Assembly (NCBI GenBank): GCA_964016885.1
Contig: OZ024756.1
Location: 28,148,001 to 28,212,000, forward strand
Reading direction: 5' to 3'
Source: Eledone cirrhosa
Lineage: Eukaryota
DNA length: 64,000 nt
Shown: piece by piece, positions 1 to 12,853 of the stretch
How the letters are laid out: the number at the start of each line of letters is the position of its first letter
Numbering within the stretch: the first letter of the stretch is position 1
Position numbers and translations under genes: made by a program
The notes under the pieces: model-generated
Databases searched by the model: none
Told to the model about the DNA's origin: nothing
What the model saw: the letters and a program-made list of their open reading frames with translations, nothing else

Positions 1-295
1 TATATATATATATGTGTATATAAATATATATATATGTGTGTATAAATATATATATATATATATGTGTGTATAAATATATATATATATGTGTATAAAATAT
101 ATATATATATGTGTATATATATATATATATGTGTGTATAAATATATATATATATATATGTGTGTATAAATATATATATATATATATGTGCGTGTATAAAT
201 ATATATATATATATATATATAAATAAATGAAAAGTATAGAAATTGTTGTAGCGAGAAGCTAACAGTATTCCATAACATATATATATATATATATA
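1..295. repeat. (TA)n/(TG)n microsatellite
   Basis: Directly visible. Confidence 0.95.
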
Positions 296-297
296 GA

Positions 298-862
298 CCG
301 AGATCTTTGGTGCTACACAGTTATATAGAAGACCCACCTTGCCTAAGTACAAAGCGAAACCTACAGTCAGTAGGCACCTCTAACAAAATACACCCCCGTC
401 CCACTATCCCCACCCCATCCACACCACCCCCTTAAATGTGAATTTATGTTTGTACCACAACATCCAGTCCGAAACAAATGAGGTCGTGTAGGTGTCACGA
501 CAAAAAAAAACACACAGTCCACGCTGTAATGTGGCCGTGTAGGTAACACAGTAAAAACCTCCCAGTACACACTGTAAACGTGATTAGTGTTGGGAAGGGC
601 ACCCAGCCGTAGAAAACCCGCCAGACGTGTAGGTGTCACGACAAAAAAACACACAGTCCACGCTGTAATGTGGCCGTGTAGGTAACACGGTAAAAACCTC
701 CCAGTCCACACTGTAAATGTGGTTGGTGTTAGGAAGGGCATCCAGCCGTAGAAAACCCGCCAGACAGTCCTATACGAGCAGGACAACCAATCTTGCCTCA
801 AGTGGGAAAACTCCCGTCCAAACCCATGCAAGCGTGGAAGATGGACGTTAAACGATGATGAT
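298..862 (+). mobile_element. RTE LINE 3' end / RTE-tailed SINE with an internal duplication
   Basis: Contains ggttggtgttaggaagggcatccagc and ends cccatgcaagcgtggaagatggacgttaaacgatgatgatga. A related copy lies at 32938-33185. Confidence 0.75.
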
Positions 863-1042
863 GATATATATATACAATTCATCCGACAAGCTTCCAAATA
901 GTTTCCATCTACCCACTCAGAAAGCATGGATCAACCAAGGTTTCTGATAAATGACAATTGTCCAAGATATCATGCAGTGGAATTGAACTTGAGAACTAAT
1001 AATTGCAAAGCAAATGTATTAACAATTCAACCATAATGTGAA

Positions 1043-1362
1043 AGTGCGTGGCTTTGTGGTTAGGGAATTCGGCTCATGATCGCAAGGGCGTGAGTTTGAT
1101 TCCCGGTGGTGCGCTGTGTCCTTGAGCAAGACACTTTATTTCACGTTGCTCCACTTTAACTCATCTGGCAAAAATGAGTTGTACCTTGTAATTCGAAGGA
1201 GCAGCCTAGTCAAATTCTGTGTCATGCCAAATTTCTCTGAGAACTATATTATAGGTACATGTGTTTGTGGAATGCTCAGCCACTTGCACATTAATTTCAC
1301 GAGCAGGCTGTTTCATTGATGGGATTAACTGGAACACTCGGCTTTGTAACCGACAGAGTGCC
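1043..1362 (+). mobile_element. tRNA-derived CORE-type SINE
   Basis: A box (tggctttgtggtta), B box (gagtttgattccc) and the CORE-like gtgtccttgagcaagacacttta. Homologues at 7439-7712, 24320-24440, 31930-32235 and 46000-46255. Confidence 0.8.
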
Positions 1363-2177
1363 TTCCATACTGTGAGCAAAGTAACTGAACCACATAACAT
1401 ACTCAGTATAAGAAAAAAACTACCATATATGCCCAGGGGTCAACTTGTCCACGGAATATAAAATATGAATCTTTACCACTGAGGGGTAAACAGTGAAACT
1501 GCCTGCCTAACACGCGTACACTACTTACTATAACTCTAGCAGCACAATTATTTCCTACTGAATCTCATATTTGTCTATTTAATGTAAAGATTATATTATC
1601 AATGACTTGCTGTAACTCATAGGGTAGGTTACCATAGGTTCGTTAAGTTTAGGCTAGGCTGGTTTACTCAGTGAGATATGAATGACTTGCCTTAACTCAT
1701 AGGGTGGGTTAACATAGGTTCATCAAGGTTAGGCTAGACTGGTTTACTTAGTCAGTTAGAACCCACTTGCAACTGAAGTCTTTTAGAAGAAGTGTCTTAG
1801 AATTGTCTAAGTTATCGGAAAAACGATGGTAATTTCATGACGAAACAAAACTGGCCAAAAGTAAAAATGTATTGCTATGTAAACCTGCCATTCACATCAG
1901 TTGATGCGTCTTAACATTCGCTGTACACCACTTTTTCTTCACAAGCATTTTTATTTTACAACTATTTAGTGTTCATTTCCATGTTTTATATTTTGTGCAA
2001 ATAATAAATGGCAAGCGCATCTAGGGCTGGGGAGATGGTACTGCCCTAAATTTTGGGGTTTGTCTTATCCAACAAATAGAGGCCTATTTTAGGGATCGAC
2101 CTATGTGCTGGCATATACGGTAATCAAAACCATCTTGAAGGAAATGTTTGCTTGAAGATTTGTTTTAAACTCATGTT

Positions 2178-2372
2178 TAACCCTTTAGCATTTAAACCAG
2201 CCATATCCGACCAGAATTCTCTCACCTCTTTCTATTCAAAACAGCTGTAAACTGGCTGCTCATACTTATGTTGAGGTATTGTTCTCAAAATATATAACAT
2301 CTATATAATATAAAACCTTTACCACAAAAATACAATAATATATATGGAGTAATGTAAATGCTAAAGGGTTAA
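2178..2372. mobile_element. piggyBac-like MITE family A
   Basis: TTAA-CCCTTTAGCATTTA ... TAAATGCTAAAGGG-TTAA. Other copies at 8609-8839, 30028-30229, 39179-39464, 44509-44722, and a partial copy at 51945-52069. Confidence 0.85.
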
Positions 2373-2975
2373 ATACTGACTGTAACCATATGAAGTGAAT
2401 TTCAAGCATGCATCAACTAAATCCATCTTTATTCTCTGCAGAGGCCACAACATAAAACATACATCAGCATCTTATTTTAATGTCTATTCATTTTCCATGC
2501 TGGCATGGGTTAAACAGATCTGCTGCACAAGACATTGTCCCTCATCTTAGTATTTTGTCAATAATCAAGGGACGGTATTCTGGGGTCTCACTGACACCCT
2601 TCCATACCATAGACATTGCTATAAAACTGACATATATCATCATTACTTCCACACTTCATGATCAGCTGAACGGTGTGATCTAAGACCATCATATATGGAT
2701 GCGAAGACCTAGGGTCTTTCCAAAGAGCATAATTTGCTCATCCGGGTCGTTAATCATGTTCATACAAACCTGGCCTAAACCACCTCTGGTTCTATGAAAC
2801 AAAACCACTCATTTGAAAGGGGCCCTATTCATATTAAAATCTTCCAGCACAGTTTTATATAAGAACCATGTGCCAGAACTGTCAACTCTCCCATCCGACG
2901 GGGAGATCTCCCACCCACGTTGGGGTGGGTAAGAGATGTCTTCTCGTGTGAAAATGGGTATAGCTTTCATTATGT

Positions 2976-3160
2976 AGGATTGGCAGTATCGGTAGAGAGT
3001 CGGACGCCATGCTTTCCAGCATAGTTACGTCCCTTTACAATCTGAGTTCAAATCCCGCCGAGGTTGACTTTGCCTTTCATCCTTACGGGGTCGATAAAAT
3101 AAAGTACCAGTAATGTACTGGGTAATTGCTGGTCTTGTGCCAAAAGTAGAAACAATTATG
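2976..3160 (+). mobile_element. tRNA-derived SINE with Meta-domain-like body
   Basis: ggattggcagtatcggtagag...gagttcaaatcccgccgaggttgactttgcctttcatccttacggggtcgataaaataaagtaccag. Many copies (29725, 32790, 41704, 46583, 46785, 53190, 53710, 57090-58436). Confidence 0.8.
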
Positions 3161-4539
3161 TAAAATCTCCCCATTTTGCTTCATTTCTCCCCGTTTTGGG
3201 GCACTTTTTTCATGGTACTCCCCGTTTGGATTGTTAGGGGTTGGCAAGTATGTGTTAAATTAGTATCTTAATAATGAAATAATAATTTTAGTAAATTCCT
3301 CAACATATTTCATTAGAAATGTGGTCACAAATGGGGGAATATTTAGATTTATGAAATTCAATAATAAAATCTGTTATTCAAGTCTACTTACACTCTTTAA
3401 TCAAATGGGCCTCATAGAAAATTAGTAATTAATTATACACAAAACTCAAGGTATTAAAAATGTTTAAATGAACTACAAATATACTCTTTTGTTTGTCTCA
3501 GTTTAGCAAAACTGAAATATAAAGTGATACTTGTATTCCATAAGTGAAGAAAGTGTTGTTGCTGCTACTGTTATTGATATTGAGAAATGAACTCTCGCTT
3601 GATGCACTAGATAAAAATATCCACCCTGTCGTAAGAATGTACATAAGAACCCAAGATATACATCACGAAAACGTCAAAAATATTACGAAATAGATGAATG
3701 GGGTAACTGAATTAGATCACTCTCAATTAGATAAAATTCACCTGCAGACATCAAACCAAGCAGACATGTCCAGTGTGCAGTGTTTAGCAGGCGTTAAATT
3801 AATAAGATCAATAGAAAAAACCGAGTTCTACATAAGATATAACTTGCAATTGTAAGCTGACCAGACAGTCAGAATGTCCACTCACTTGACTGTCACATTT
3901 TTAAAAAAATGCAAACTGACCACATAATACCTGTAAACAATCAGTAAGCACGTGTATAGCTTGATCAGCAAAGGTAAACTATCCGATTAGCAAGATGCTG
4001 ACTGACCACAGACACGCGACCAGCAAAATGCAGACAAACATGAGACAAGTGCAAATTAACCACAAAACGGACGAGAAAAAAGACTGCAAACAGACCGACT
4101 AGACTAGACCTACGAGGGGCCGGCATGTTAATTGACCACAAAACATGCGTCCTAGGAGCACAGGTTGATCACGGAAAAAACAGGAATTGCGAGTATAGAC
4201 TGACCTAATAAACTGTCAACATTTTGATTTTAGTGATCACACCCACCTTCGCCACATTTGACAACTTATCAATTTGACCTTATATTTTTATTACCTCATT
4301 TAACATTCCTAACCATATATGTATATATATATATACACACACACACACTATATTCTTTCATTTCTACGTCCGTTTCAATACGGTTACAATAGTGCATGCA
4401 TATGAAAACACCTTACCAAAAATAATAGCGGAATACTCCATTATAATCACCTATATTATATATATATATAGAGAGAGAGAGAGAGAAAATCCCTATAACG
4501 AGCACCCTCAATCGATCTATAATTTATGAAATTTAACAC

Positions 4540-4759
4540 ATACATACTTTTATGTGTGATTACACATGTATGATTACATACATTATACGAATAATTAGAT
4601 ATACATTATATATATATTATACATTATATATATATACATTATATATATATATATATAATATACAAATATACATACATATACATTATATATATATATATAC
4701 ATTATATATATATAAATATACTTTATATATATACATTATATATATATATACATATACAT

Positions 4760-4796
<37 letters not shown>

Positions 4797-4930
4797 TCAC
4801 GCGCGGAGAATTTTTTTTAAAGTCATATTAAGCTAGAAATCATATAAACTTCGTGAGTAAAGTAATTATGGCAATAAACATTTTGATAAAATTAAGAAAA
4901 ATAATCTTACCTCTATTTGTCTGATCCGTG

Positions 4931-4990
<60 letters not shown>

Positions 4991-5015
4991 GTGTGTGTGT
5001 GTGTGTGTGTGTGTA
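4540..5015. repeat. (TA)n, (TACAT)-rich and (TG)n microsatellites
   Basis: Directly visible; source of spurious IY-rich ORFs. Confidence 0.9.
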
Positions 5016-5240
5016 AAAGAAAAAAATAAACAACCCGTAAATCTCCCTTTTCTTTGGTATGGAAAAGGATCAGACAGTCACGAAAAAAAAACGAGAAATT
5101 AAATTATATATGGTCTGGAGCAATAAGATAGATTTGTTAAAGACTAGTTTTATATATATATATATATATATATCCGTATGTAGTTGACGGCTGAGAGAAA
5201 AGAGCACTCAATACCGAAGTAGAGTATAAATATTCATTTT

Positions 5241-5323
5241 ATTAAGGCTAAGGTTCTTGTCTGATAACCCTGTGGTAAACAGGCGAAACTCCAGAATAAC
5301 AAGACTCACTATTTAGCCTTAAT
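5241..5323 (+). ncRNA. Degenerate type I minimal hammerhead ribozyme in a Penelope-like remnant
   Basis: Stem I attaaggctaa..tcttgt / acaaga..ttagccttaat. Core CTGATAA (CUGAUGA with one change), stem II cctgt-ggtaa-acagg, GAAAC, minimal stem III actc-ca-gaat, then A. Confidence 0.6.
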
Positions 5324-5329
5324 ATAAAT

Positions 5330-5368
<39 letters not shown>

Positions 5369-6014
5369 GGGGGGGGGGTGCAACGATAAACATTCAAGTG
5401 CAATGAGAAATAGATCGGGTATATTTAAGGGGTCGGTGGCAAATAGCAGAGGTATTTCAATTGATTGTGAAAACCATAACAATCAGAAATTAACTTTTTC
5501 TTTTTTTCTTTTCTTTTCTTTACTGCTAAAATGTAGGCAGGGACGATCGGGGTTGTAGACAGTCCGGTAATGGGTTGGTGTCTATCTATATACGTGGAAG
5601 TGATTGAAATGAATGTTTTGTTGTTGAAATATTTACGACGTTCTAACGTCATTTAGATTATTAAAAAAAAAAATTAAATAAATCAATAAAAACAAATACG
5701 AAATTTAACATCCGTAGTGCGAGAGAAAGGGGTTAGAAGCGAGAGGGAGAGAAATAGTGCCCACCTTCTGCGGATTTGGAGTTAGCAGCACATCAAATTA
5801 GGAGAAAAAATAAAAGGGGTGCCAGTCACTGCCGCCATAACATCGACGACGACGACAACAATGAGAACAACAACGGCCACTACGATAACAACCAGTTGTT
5901 TAGTGTCGTCATGCGCATGTGTCATACAGTTATTGTATTGCTAAAGCGATTTCTCTGTGTATATGTGTGTGTGTGTGTATAATATATATAAAGAGATAGA
6001 TAGATATGTGTGCA

Positions 6015-6056
<42 letters not shown>

Positions 6057-6083
6057 TGAATGTGTATTTATATATAGTGTGTG

Positions 6084-6122
<39 letters not shown>

Positions 6123-6163
6123 TGTGATTATATATATATATATATATGTGTATATATATGAAA

Positions 6164-6196
6164 CCGGAAGTGACCTCTGGTCACGTGCTTCCGCCT
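6164..6196. promoter_or_regulatory. Probable housekeeping-type promoter element cluster (ETS + E-box/USF + reverse ETS)
   Basis: CCGGAAGTG (6164-6172), GTCACGTG (6180-6187) and CTTCCG (6188-6193) are clustered in AT-rich DNA, with local CpG enrichment at about 5.5-5.9 kb and 6.9-7.0 kb. Confidence 0.55.
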
Positions 6197-7719
6197 TGAT
6201 AACCTTGTGTCATTTGTAATTTCTTTTTTTTCATTTGTTCTCTTTTTGCCATTATGTCTTCTCTAATGCACTGGGTAATTGCTGGCCTTTTGCCTAAAGT
6301 AGAAATAATTATATATATATTTCTATTCTTTAAATTCCTTCCGCCTTCATAAACTTTGCTCTCACTGCAAGTAGATTCAATAGTAGTAGTTGTGTTGGTA
6401 GTAACTGACATCAACAATGTTATTAGAGTTTACATTTTTTTTTTCTAGATTCGAAATCATTTTCATCACAGCCAAACAGTTCTTTCGTTAAACTACCTAC
6501 TGTTCTATCTATATATATTCCTTCCTTTACCTTTTCTACGGAAATACTCTATATATATATGTACGTGTACATACTTATATTTAAGTAACAGCCGTACTAA
6601 GAGTGGGAAATGAAATTTCGTTTCATTTTTTTCGTTTATATATATATACCTTCACTTTTAAAATTATATATATAGTAAAAAAGTGAACGTGAAAATGGAC
6701 AGAAGTATATTTTTAAATTATTTTTTTCTTTAATCCGACAGAATGAATAACTTTATAAATGTGGCATTAAATATAACTGGTTCCGATTGATATAACAATC
6801 TTATCAAATATTAAATATTTTTTTAAATGCCTTTCATGTTTTCTGTGAACAGTTTGAATATATATAAATATCATTCTCTCGTCACACTGCAACGTGGCCG
6901 TTAGGGTGTGAATCTTTTTACCTTTTTCAAGGCCACAGCTCTTCCTCCGCCGACAACCCAACCCTTTTCAACGAACCGGCCAACGCCCTATTTGAACAAC
7001 AAGTTGTTACAAATATTCAGTGTTGATTGACATAAGTTCAGTCAACCTTCATCGAGCAGAACCTCTCTGTGTCACGTAGGTAGTTGTGCTGGTGGATATA
7101 TATGTATTAGTAATCTTCTCGTATGACATGCACAGTATGAGGCAGGTCGAGAACGGTGAGCCAGACCAAGGCGTCGTTTGTAGTATTATGGATTGCCTCC
7201 AGACCGACCAGAAAATGTCTGGAGGGAGGGAATCCGGAACATACAGTTACTGTCTGGTTAGGGTCCCCACAGATACTTGCTGGGCTGTCTTTCATTTTCC
7301 AGATCATGGGCTGTCTTGGCATGTGTTATGCGGATCCGATTAATGGACACCCTTAGTAATGAAAGTGATCATGGCGTTGGTTAAAGTATAACAAATATTT
7401 TTTGCAAAATTTTGTTGACGCTAAATGCTACAAGGTGTGAAGGCGCGTGGTTAGTGGTGCTTGACTCACGATTGTAATATCGTGAGTTCGATTCTTAGCG
7501 GCGCGTTGTGTCCTTCACCGAGATACTTTAGTTCACATTGCTCAAGTCCATTCATCAGGAAAAAAATTAGCTGTTAGTCTGATTCAAATGAACAGCCTTG
7601 TTACATGTGTCACTTAGAATCTCCCTGAGAATTACATTAAAAGTATAGGGATGTGTGAAATACTCAGCCACTTTCACAAGCAGAATTTCCTGTTGATCAA
7701 ACGACTGGAACTAACAAAG

Positions 7720-7900
7720 TTCATACACAAATACTACAATATTTCTGCCTTCTCAACCAATTTAGGTGGCCTAAGAAATATTGGTTTTCGTAAAATCGGA
7801 ATGACAGCAGCCCGAGAGGGGTGGGGGTGGCTGTTGCAGCGTGTGTCGCTGGCCATTGACCACGGAAATGCCTTTGCCATTTTGTCCACGTGGTTTAGCT
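7720..7900 (+). mobile_element. Remnant of a CRE-like non-LTR element (C-terminus of restriction-like endonuclease region)
   Basis: WLLQRVSLAIDHGNAFAIL matches the W/FLxQRxSxAIxRGNAxxIL terminus of these elements. Confidence 0.6.
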
Positions 7901-10459
7901 GAAACACTGCTCTGACTTAAATGTAGAGTTTGTCACCCTTTCCCCTTCCCCCTTTCTTCTTTAATAGTCCTTGCTCTTCCCTTCTTTTTACTCTCATTTA
8001 TGGCATTTATAGTCCTTTCCAATACTGTTTTCTTTTTCTACACATTTTATTCAACAACATTCCATATCTGTCTATTAATTATATGTATGTATTCCTATCT
8101 CTCTATATATAAAACTCTTTGTGTCTCTGTCTGTCTGTTTTTTCCTTATGCATTCCAAAACAGCTCAACCAAATCAAATCAAGTTTTACAAGGTATTAGA
8201 CCCTGAGAGTGACAACATATAATTTTTATTTTCATTTGGATTAAAACAATACAATATGTCGGTTGTTCACAAGTGGAAACACCTAGAAATCTTCATATAC
8301 TATGCAGGAACGGTAAAACAAATAATCTGGTGTATCTGGAAGATTCTTTTACTATTTATTTTTTTGTAACACACACCATAGTCTCACCTTTTACTGTAAA
8401 CCAAACAAACATCCAATACAGTCATTTTCTCTTCTACCTGTCTTCTCTTATCATGTTTACCCAGGTGAAGCAGGGTACGTCAGCTGATATAAATGTAATA
8501 AAATTTCTTTGAACGGTTTAACTAAGTGTGTGGGTTGAAACATTTGACACTTCTCATTCATATTTTCGTGTCATGACCTCACTTATTGCACCAAAAACTA
8601 ATTATGTATTAACCCTTTAGAATTTAAACCAGCCAGAATTCTCTCACATCTTTCTGTTCAAACTGGCTGTAACCATCCACTCATACCGACATTAAGGTAT
8701 TGTTCTCAAAATAAATAATATCAAAATCTCATAGATTCAATATTATGTAAGGTAATTATGTAAGATAAAGCCTTTACTGCGAAAATACAATAGTATGTAT
8801 ATATATATATATATATTAATGTAAATGCTAAAGGGTTAAATATCGTTATGCTCTGAAAAGTTATAACAAAAGCAGGCTTTGAAGGAAGTAAATGATATTA
8901 CTTCGATGAATGTGATATCAATGAATTCAACAATTGAATGAAATCTGATAAAATGTTGCTTTATTCACTATTGGGTCAAAGAGCTTGAACAATTAAATAA
9001 TATGGAAAAGACAATAAAATTAATGACATTACAGATATATAACTGCAATTAAAACAACAAAGGGGAAGGAAGGGCAGGATAAGGATTGTTAAGCAACGAA
9101 AGAAAGTAGGAAGGGAAGAGGGTGACAGAGTAGTGTTTCAACCAAATTATACAGTGATGTTATGGTATCATTCTGAAAATGTGAAAGGAGGAATATGGAT
9201 ATTTTATTGCAATTAGAGGCAACAGTATAATGAAAATTGAGGGCATATCTCCTTATCCAATGCCACTTCTCCATGAAATAAGGTATTTATAAACCTCTTC
9301 AGTGCCATAGACAAGATAACTCATCCTAACATGTTTGAACTCTTTTGCAACAGTTCATAACTTCACTCATTTCCAACAGTTCATAACTTCAAAGCTAGAT
9401 GGGGTTACTAGTTTATTGATGTGACATTTGTCAATCATTCAGATATGTGTTGTTAATAGATATTTGTTTTAAAAAATAATCATTTTACTGAAAAAAAAAA
9501 ACTAGCACAGTAACTGTAGCTGTGTAAAATATATGCAGCAGTCAACAGATTAACACATGCAAATACTCTAAATGTTCATTTACATATGATGTATGTTTTT
9601 TTAATGAGGAATTTAACAGTGTGTAATATGTACTGTTGCCAATTTACCAAAGAAGACCAGGTTGTCATCTATAGCATGCATGGTCCCATAACTCCTGGGG
9701 GAATCATAGGAGTGCTGTATCAACATACAGCATTTCTAGGGCAGTTTGTTGTTTTTTTTAATCTAGTGGAGCCCATCTCCTCTTCAGGTCTGAAAACAGC
9801 AGATTTCTCCCAGAGAAGATTAGAGAGAATGAAAGTGAGAAAGAGATATAGAAGAAGAATCGACTCCAGTTCTTAACTGGTACTTTTTTATCGACCTGGA
9901 GTGGATGAAAGGTGAAGTCAACTTTGATAGAGTACCAGACAAAACACCTTCTTGTATTTAATTATGTCTCCTGACATTCCGAAATTCAAATCCTACTAGA
10001 GTTGACTTTGATTTTCATCCTTCCAAGATTGATAAAATAAGTATCAATACAGGAAAAGGTCTAGGTGACTTTCTCCTCCACCAAGATTTTCTAACCTAAT
10101 AGATAAACCATTGTTAAGTCCTATAAGATTGAAGGTGGGAAAGAGGGCACACCATCTATAGCAGCTATAAGGGAAAAAACAGACTGTGGGCAGCGAAAGA
10201 GCTCTAGCAAAGTGATGTATTGAAAAGAAAGGATTTTTGATGGTTTTATAATAGTATTTTAAAGGATGTGTGAAGTTGACTGAATTCACTATTATGATAA
10301 TGTTTAACATAGGCACAAGATACAGAAAGGTTGTCAATGAAGTCAGTTGATGTGATATTTGTTTTAAGTGTAATGTTTCCTACAAGTGACGGTATAACTC
10401 AGCATTGCTACTCCAGTGGTGTGGGGAAACAATGCCTGGTTTGTGGAATCCCATGTGTA

Positions 10460-10740
10460 GGGTACCTCAAGGACCCAGCAGACAGAATAGAGAAAACGTT
10501 TCCCCAGGGGATGGTGAAGGAGACACTTTGGAATAGCCATTCTAACATACAGAGCTTACTCCTGCTGGTAGTCAACTCTGCTTTGATAGTTAATAGGAAT
10601 GTAGTCCGGGAGTCAAGGATGCTGATGGAAGTCTCCACTGCCACAGATTCAAACAATAACCTATCAGAGACTAACCGATATTTCAATAGTTTACATTCGT
10701 CAGCCTGATGACTAGCAAAGGTTTGGTTAGTCACCATAGC
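10460..10740 (-). mobile_element. CRE-like non-LTR remnant, restriction-like endonuclease region
   Basis: ADECKLLKYRLVSDRLLFESVAVETS...EWLFQSVSFTIPWGNVFSIL matches the ExxKxxKY / F.P.AVET / WL.QR.S..I.RGN motifs. Confidence 0.65.
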
Positions 10741-10852
10741 ACATGGTGAAAAGGTGTGTGTATTTGGATGGTATATTTGATTAAATCAAACCTAGTTATC
10801 TATTGAATGATACTTATTCTATTGATCCCAGAAGACAGATTTTATATTTCCA

Positions 10853-11022
10853 AGGTTGTCCTTAAACTTGATCTCTAGAATACATTCAATTCCATTAGTT
10901 ACGATGTCATCTGCAGTTCTGGGAAGGAGAGGGCCTCAGAGCTCTACTACTTTGCTTGGCAGGCTTATCAGGAGCCCATCTATCTCTGCATCAGAATTTC
11001 AACAAGGCAATCCATTTGGGTG
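10853..11022 (+). mobile_element. CRE-like reverse transcriptase fragment
   Basis: Degenerate KLDL*NTFNSI...ERASELY...AYQEP and SASEFQQGNPFG (QQGDPLG-like). Confidence 0.5.
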
Positions 11023-11344
11023 TATATCTTTATGGAAAGGGGTGTATTGAAGGGTTTGGTGAATATAGGGGCTAGCTTAATATCAGGGTGTATCTCTGTA
11101 GAGAGGAGAAGTTGAAGGGTTTGGTGAGTATAGGGCTATTTTTGCTGTCCGGCTCTCCTGAGAGTTTGTTTCTGACATTTGTTTTCTCATTGTTTTTGTA
11201 TTGTATTCTCATTTTCTTGCATTTTAAATTTAGTTCTATAATCTGACTTTCTCACAATGTTTTCCATTCAAGTGGTGATCAGGTAGATACATATGAGAAG
11301 TGTATAAGAAAATATAATTTTTCTGTAGAATATTATTTCTTGCT

Positions 11345-11910
11345 CAGGGTCTACTCCTGGGTCTCCTGCCAGTTGGTTTTTGCCCATAAAATCTGTCCAG
11401 TGATTCTTTCCTGAGACATTCTAACCACATGGCCATAGTATCGGAGCTGCGATCTCTCAATTCAGAGAAGTAGCATCTCTACCTGGAGTGACTCTCTGAT
11501 CTCCGAGCTACAAATCTCTCCAGCAATTCTTTCCTGATACATTCTAACCACATGGCCATAGTATCGGAGCTGCGATCTCTCAATTCAGAGAAGTCGCAGC
11601 TCTGCCTGGAGTGACTCTCTGATCTCCAAGCTGCAAATCCGTCCAGCAATTCTTTCCTGATACATTCTAACCACATGTCAGTAGTATCAGAGCTGTGATC
11701 TCTCAATTCAGAGAAGTAGCATCTCTATCTGGAGTGACTCTCTGATCTCTGAGCTACAAATCTGTCCAGTGATTCTTTCCTGAGACATTCTAACCACATG
11801 GCTATAGTACTAGAGCTGTGATCTCTCCATTCAGAGAAGTAGCATCTCTACTTAGAGTGACTCACTGATCTCCAAGCTACACACTCTATTGAGTAACATT
11901 ACTCCAAATC
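11345..11910 (-). mobile_element. RTE (Expander/Rex3-like) LINE 3' fragment with four 123-bp tandem units
   Basis: Minus-strand SSEIRESLQVE.LLL.IERSQLRYYGHVVRM recurs every 123 bp (11391, 11514, 11637, 11760). Single-copy homologues at 31110-31530 (-), 17615-17870 (+) and 51330-51500 (+). Confidence 0.8.
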
Positions 11911-12286
11911 ATATTGTATGCAATTGTATTGCTAACCTCAGTCATGTTCTGTAGGTTTAGTACATTGTGCAGAATTCTTCTAGAAGAATTCCTTTATGAT
12001 AGCTGATTTAATTTCCAGGTCTAACACTTGGTCTTTCTTATAAACTCTTAAGGATTTGGTTATATTTCATGAGGTGCTTGCCAACCATGTTTTCATGTAG
12101 CTTACCTTCAATCCACAAACTCATGTGAGCTTTGAAGTCTAGTTCCTTCACTTTGATCAAGTTCAATTGACCCAAATAGACCTTCTAAAAAAACACACAA
12201 AAAAAAAAATCAACAAAAAAATACCTCATTCTCTCCCCTTAATTTTCTCTTAAAATGAACCTTGAAAAATTTTAAATTGAGCTAAT

Positions 12287-12362
<76 letters not shown>

Positions 12363-12591
12363 TTATGAAATACTGTTGGCTTCACGGTCACAATAATTTC
12401 TATACTTTAATTTATATATATATATATATATATTTGTGTGTGTGTGTGTGTGTGTAAAAGGTAAACAGAAATAACAACACAGAAATAACAGCACTCAGTC
12501 CAGAGGACGAGTTCGGTATAGAGTTAGTTCTACAACAAATTAGCAAATCACACATCCTCGAATATGGTTTGAAATTAACTCTCTCTTTCTG

Positions 12592-12658
<67 letters not shown>

Positions 12659-12811
12659 GTAGATGTATATATTCAAGATAGTTTCTCCAAAAGAACATGA
12701 TGTAACATGCACACTAGAGTTGAATGAGATTCAATGAGGTCAAAATTGCAGTTGTTTGGTTGTTATCTCTAAGAGATATAACCCCAAAGTTATTTCAGAT
12801 TAAATACCCTT

Positions 12812-12853
<42 letters not shown>

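Noticed and set aside
1043-1115. tRNA-like sequences at SINE heads
   Set aside because: A/B boxes run directly into SINE bodies and I saw no intact cloverleaf.
1483-1929. Possible TIR element with an internal ~80-bp duplication
   Set aside because: The termini match only loosely and there is no TSD.
3530-3644. Minus-strand MYILTTGWIFLSSASS... signal-peptide-like short ORF
   Set aside because: Weak donor, no downstream exon found and no recognisable homology.
7040-7430. GC-richer segment with several short ORFs
   Set aside because: No coherent splice sites or motif. It may be a decayed LINE C-terminus, but that is not supportable.
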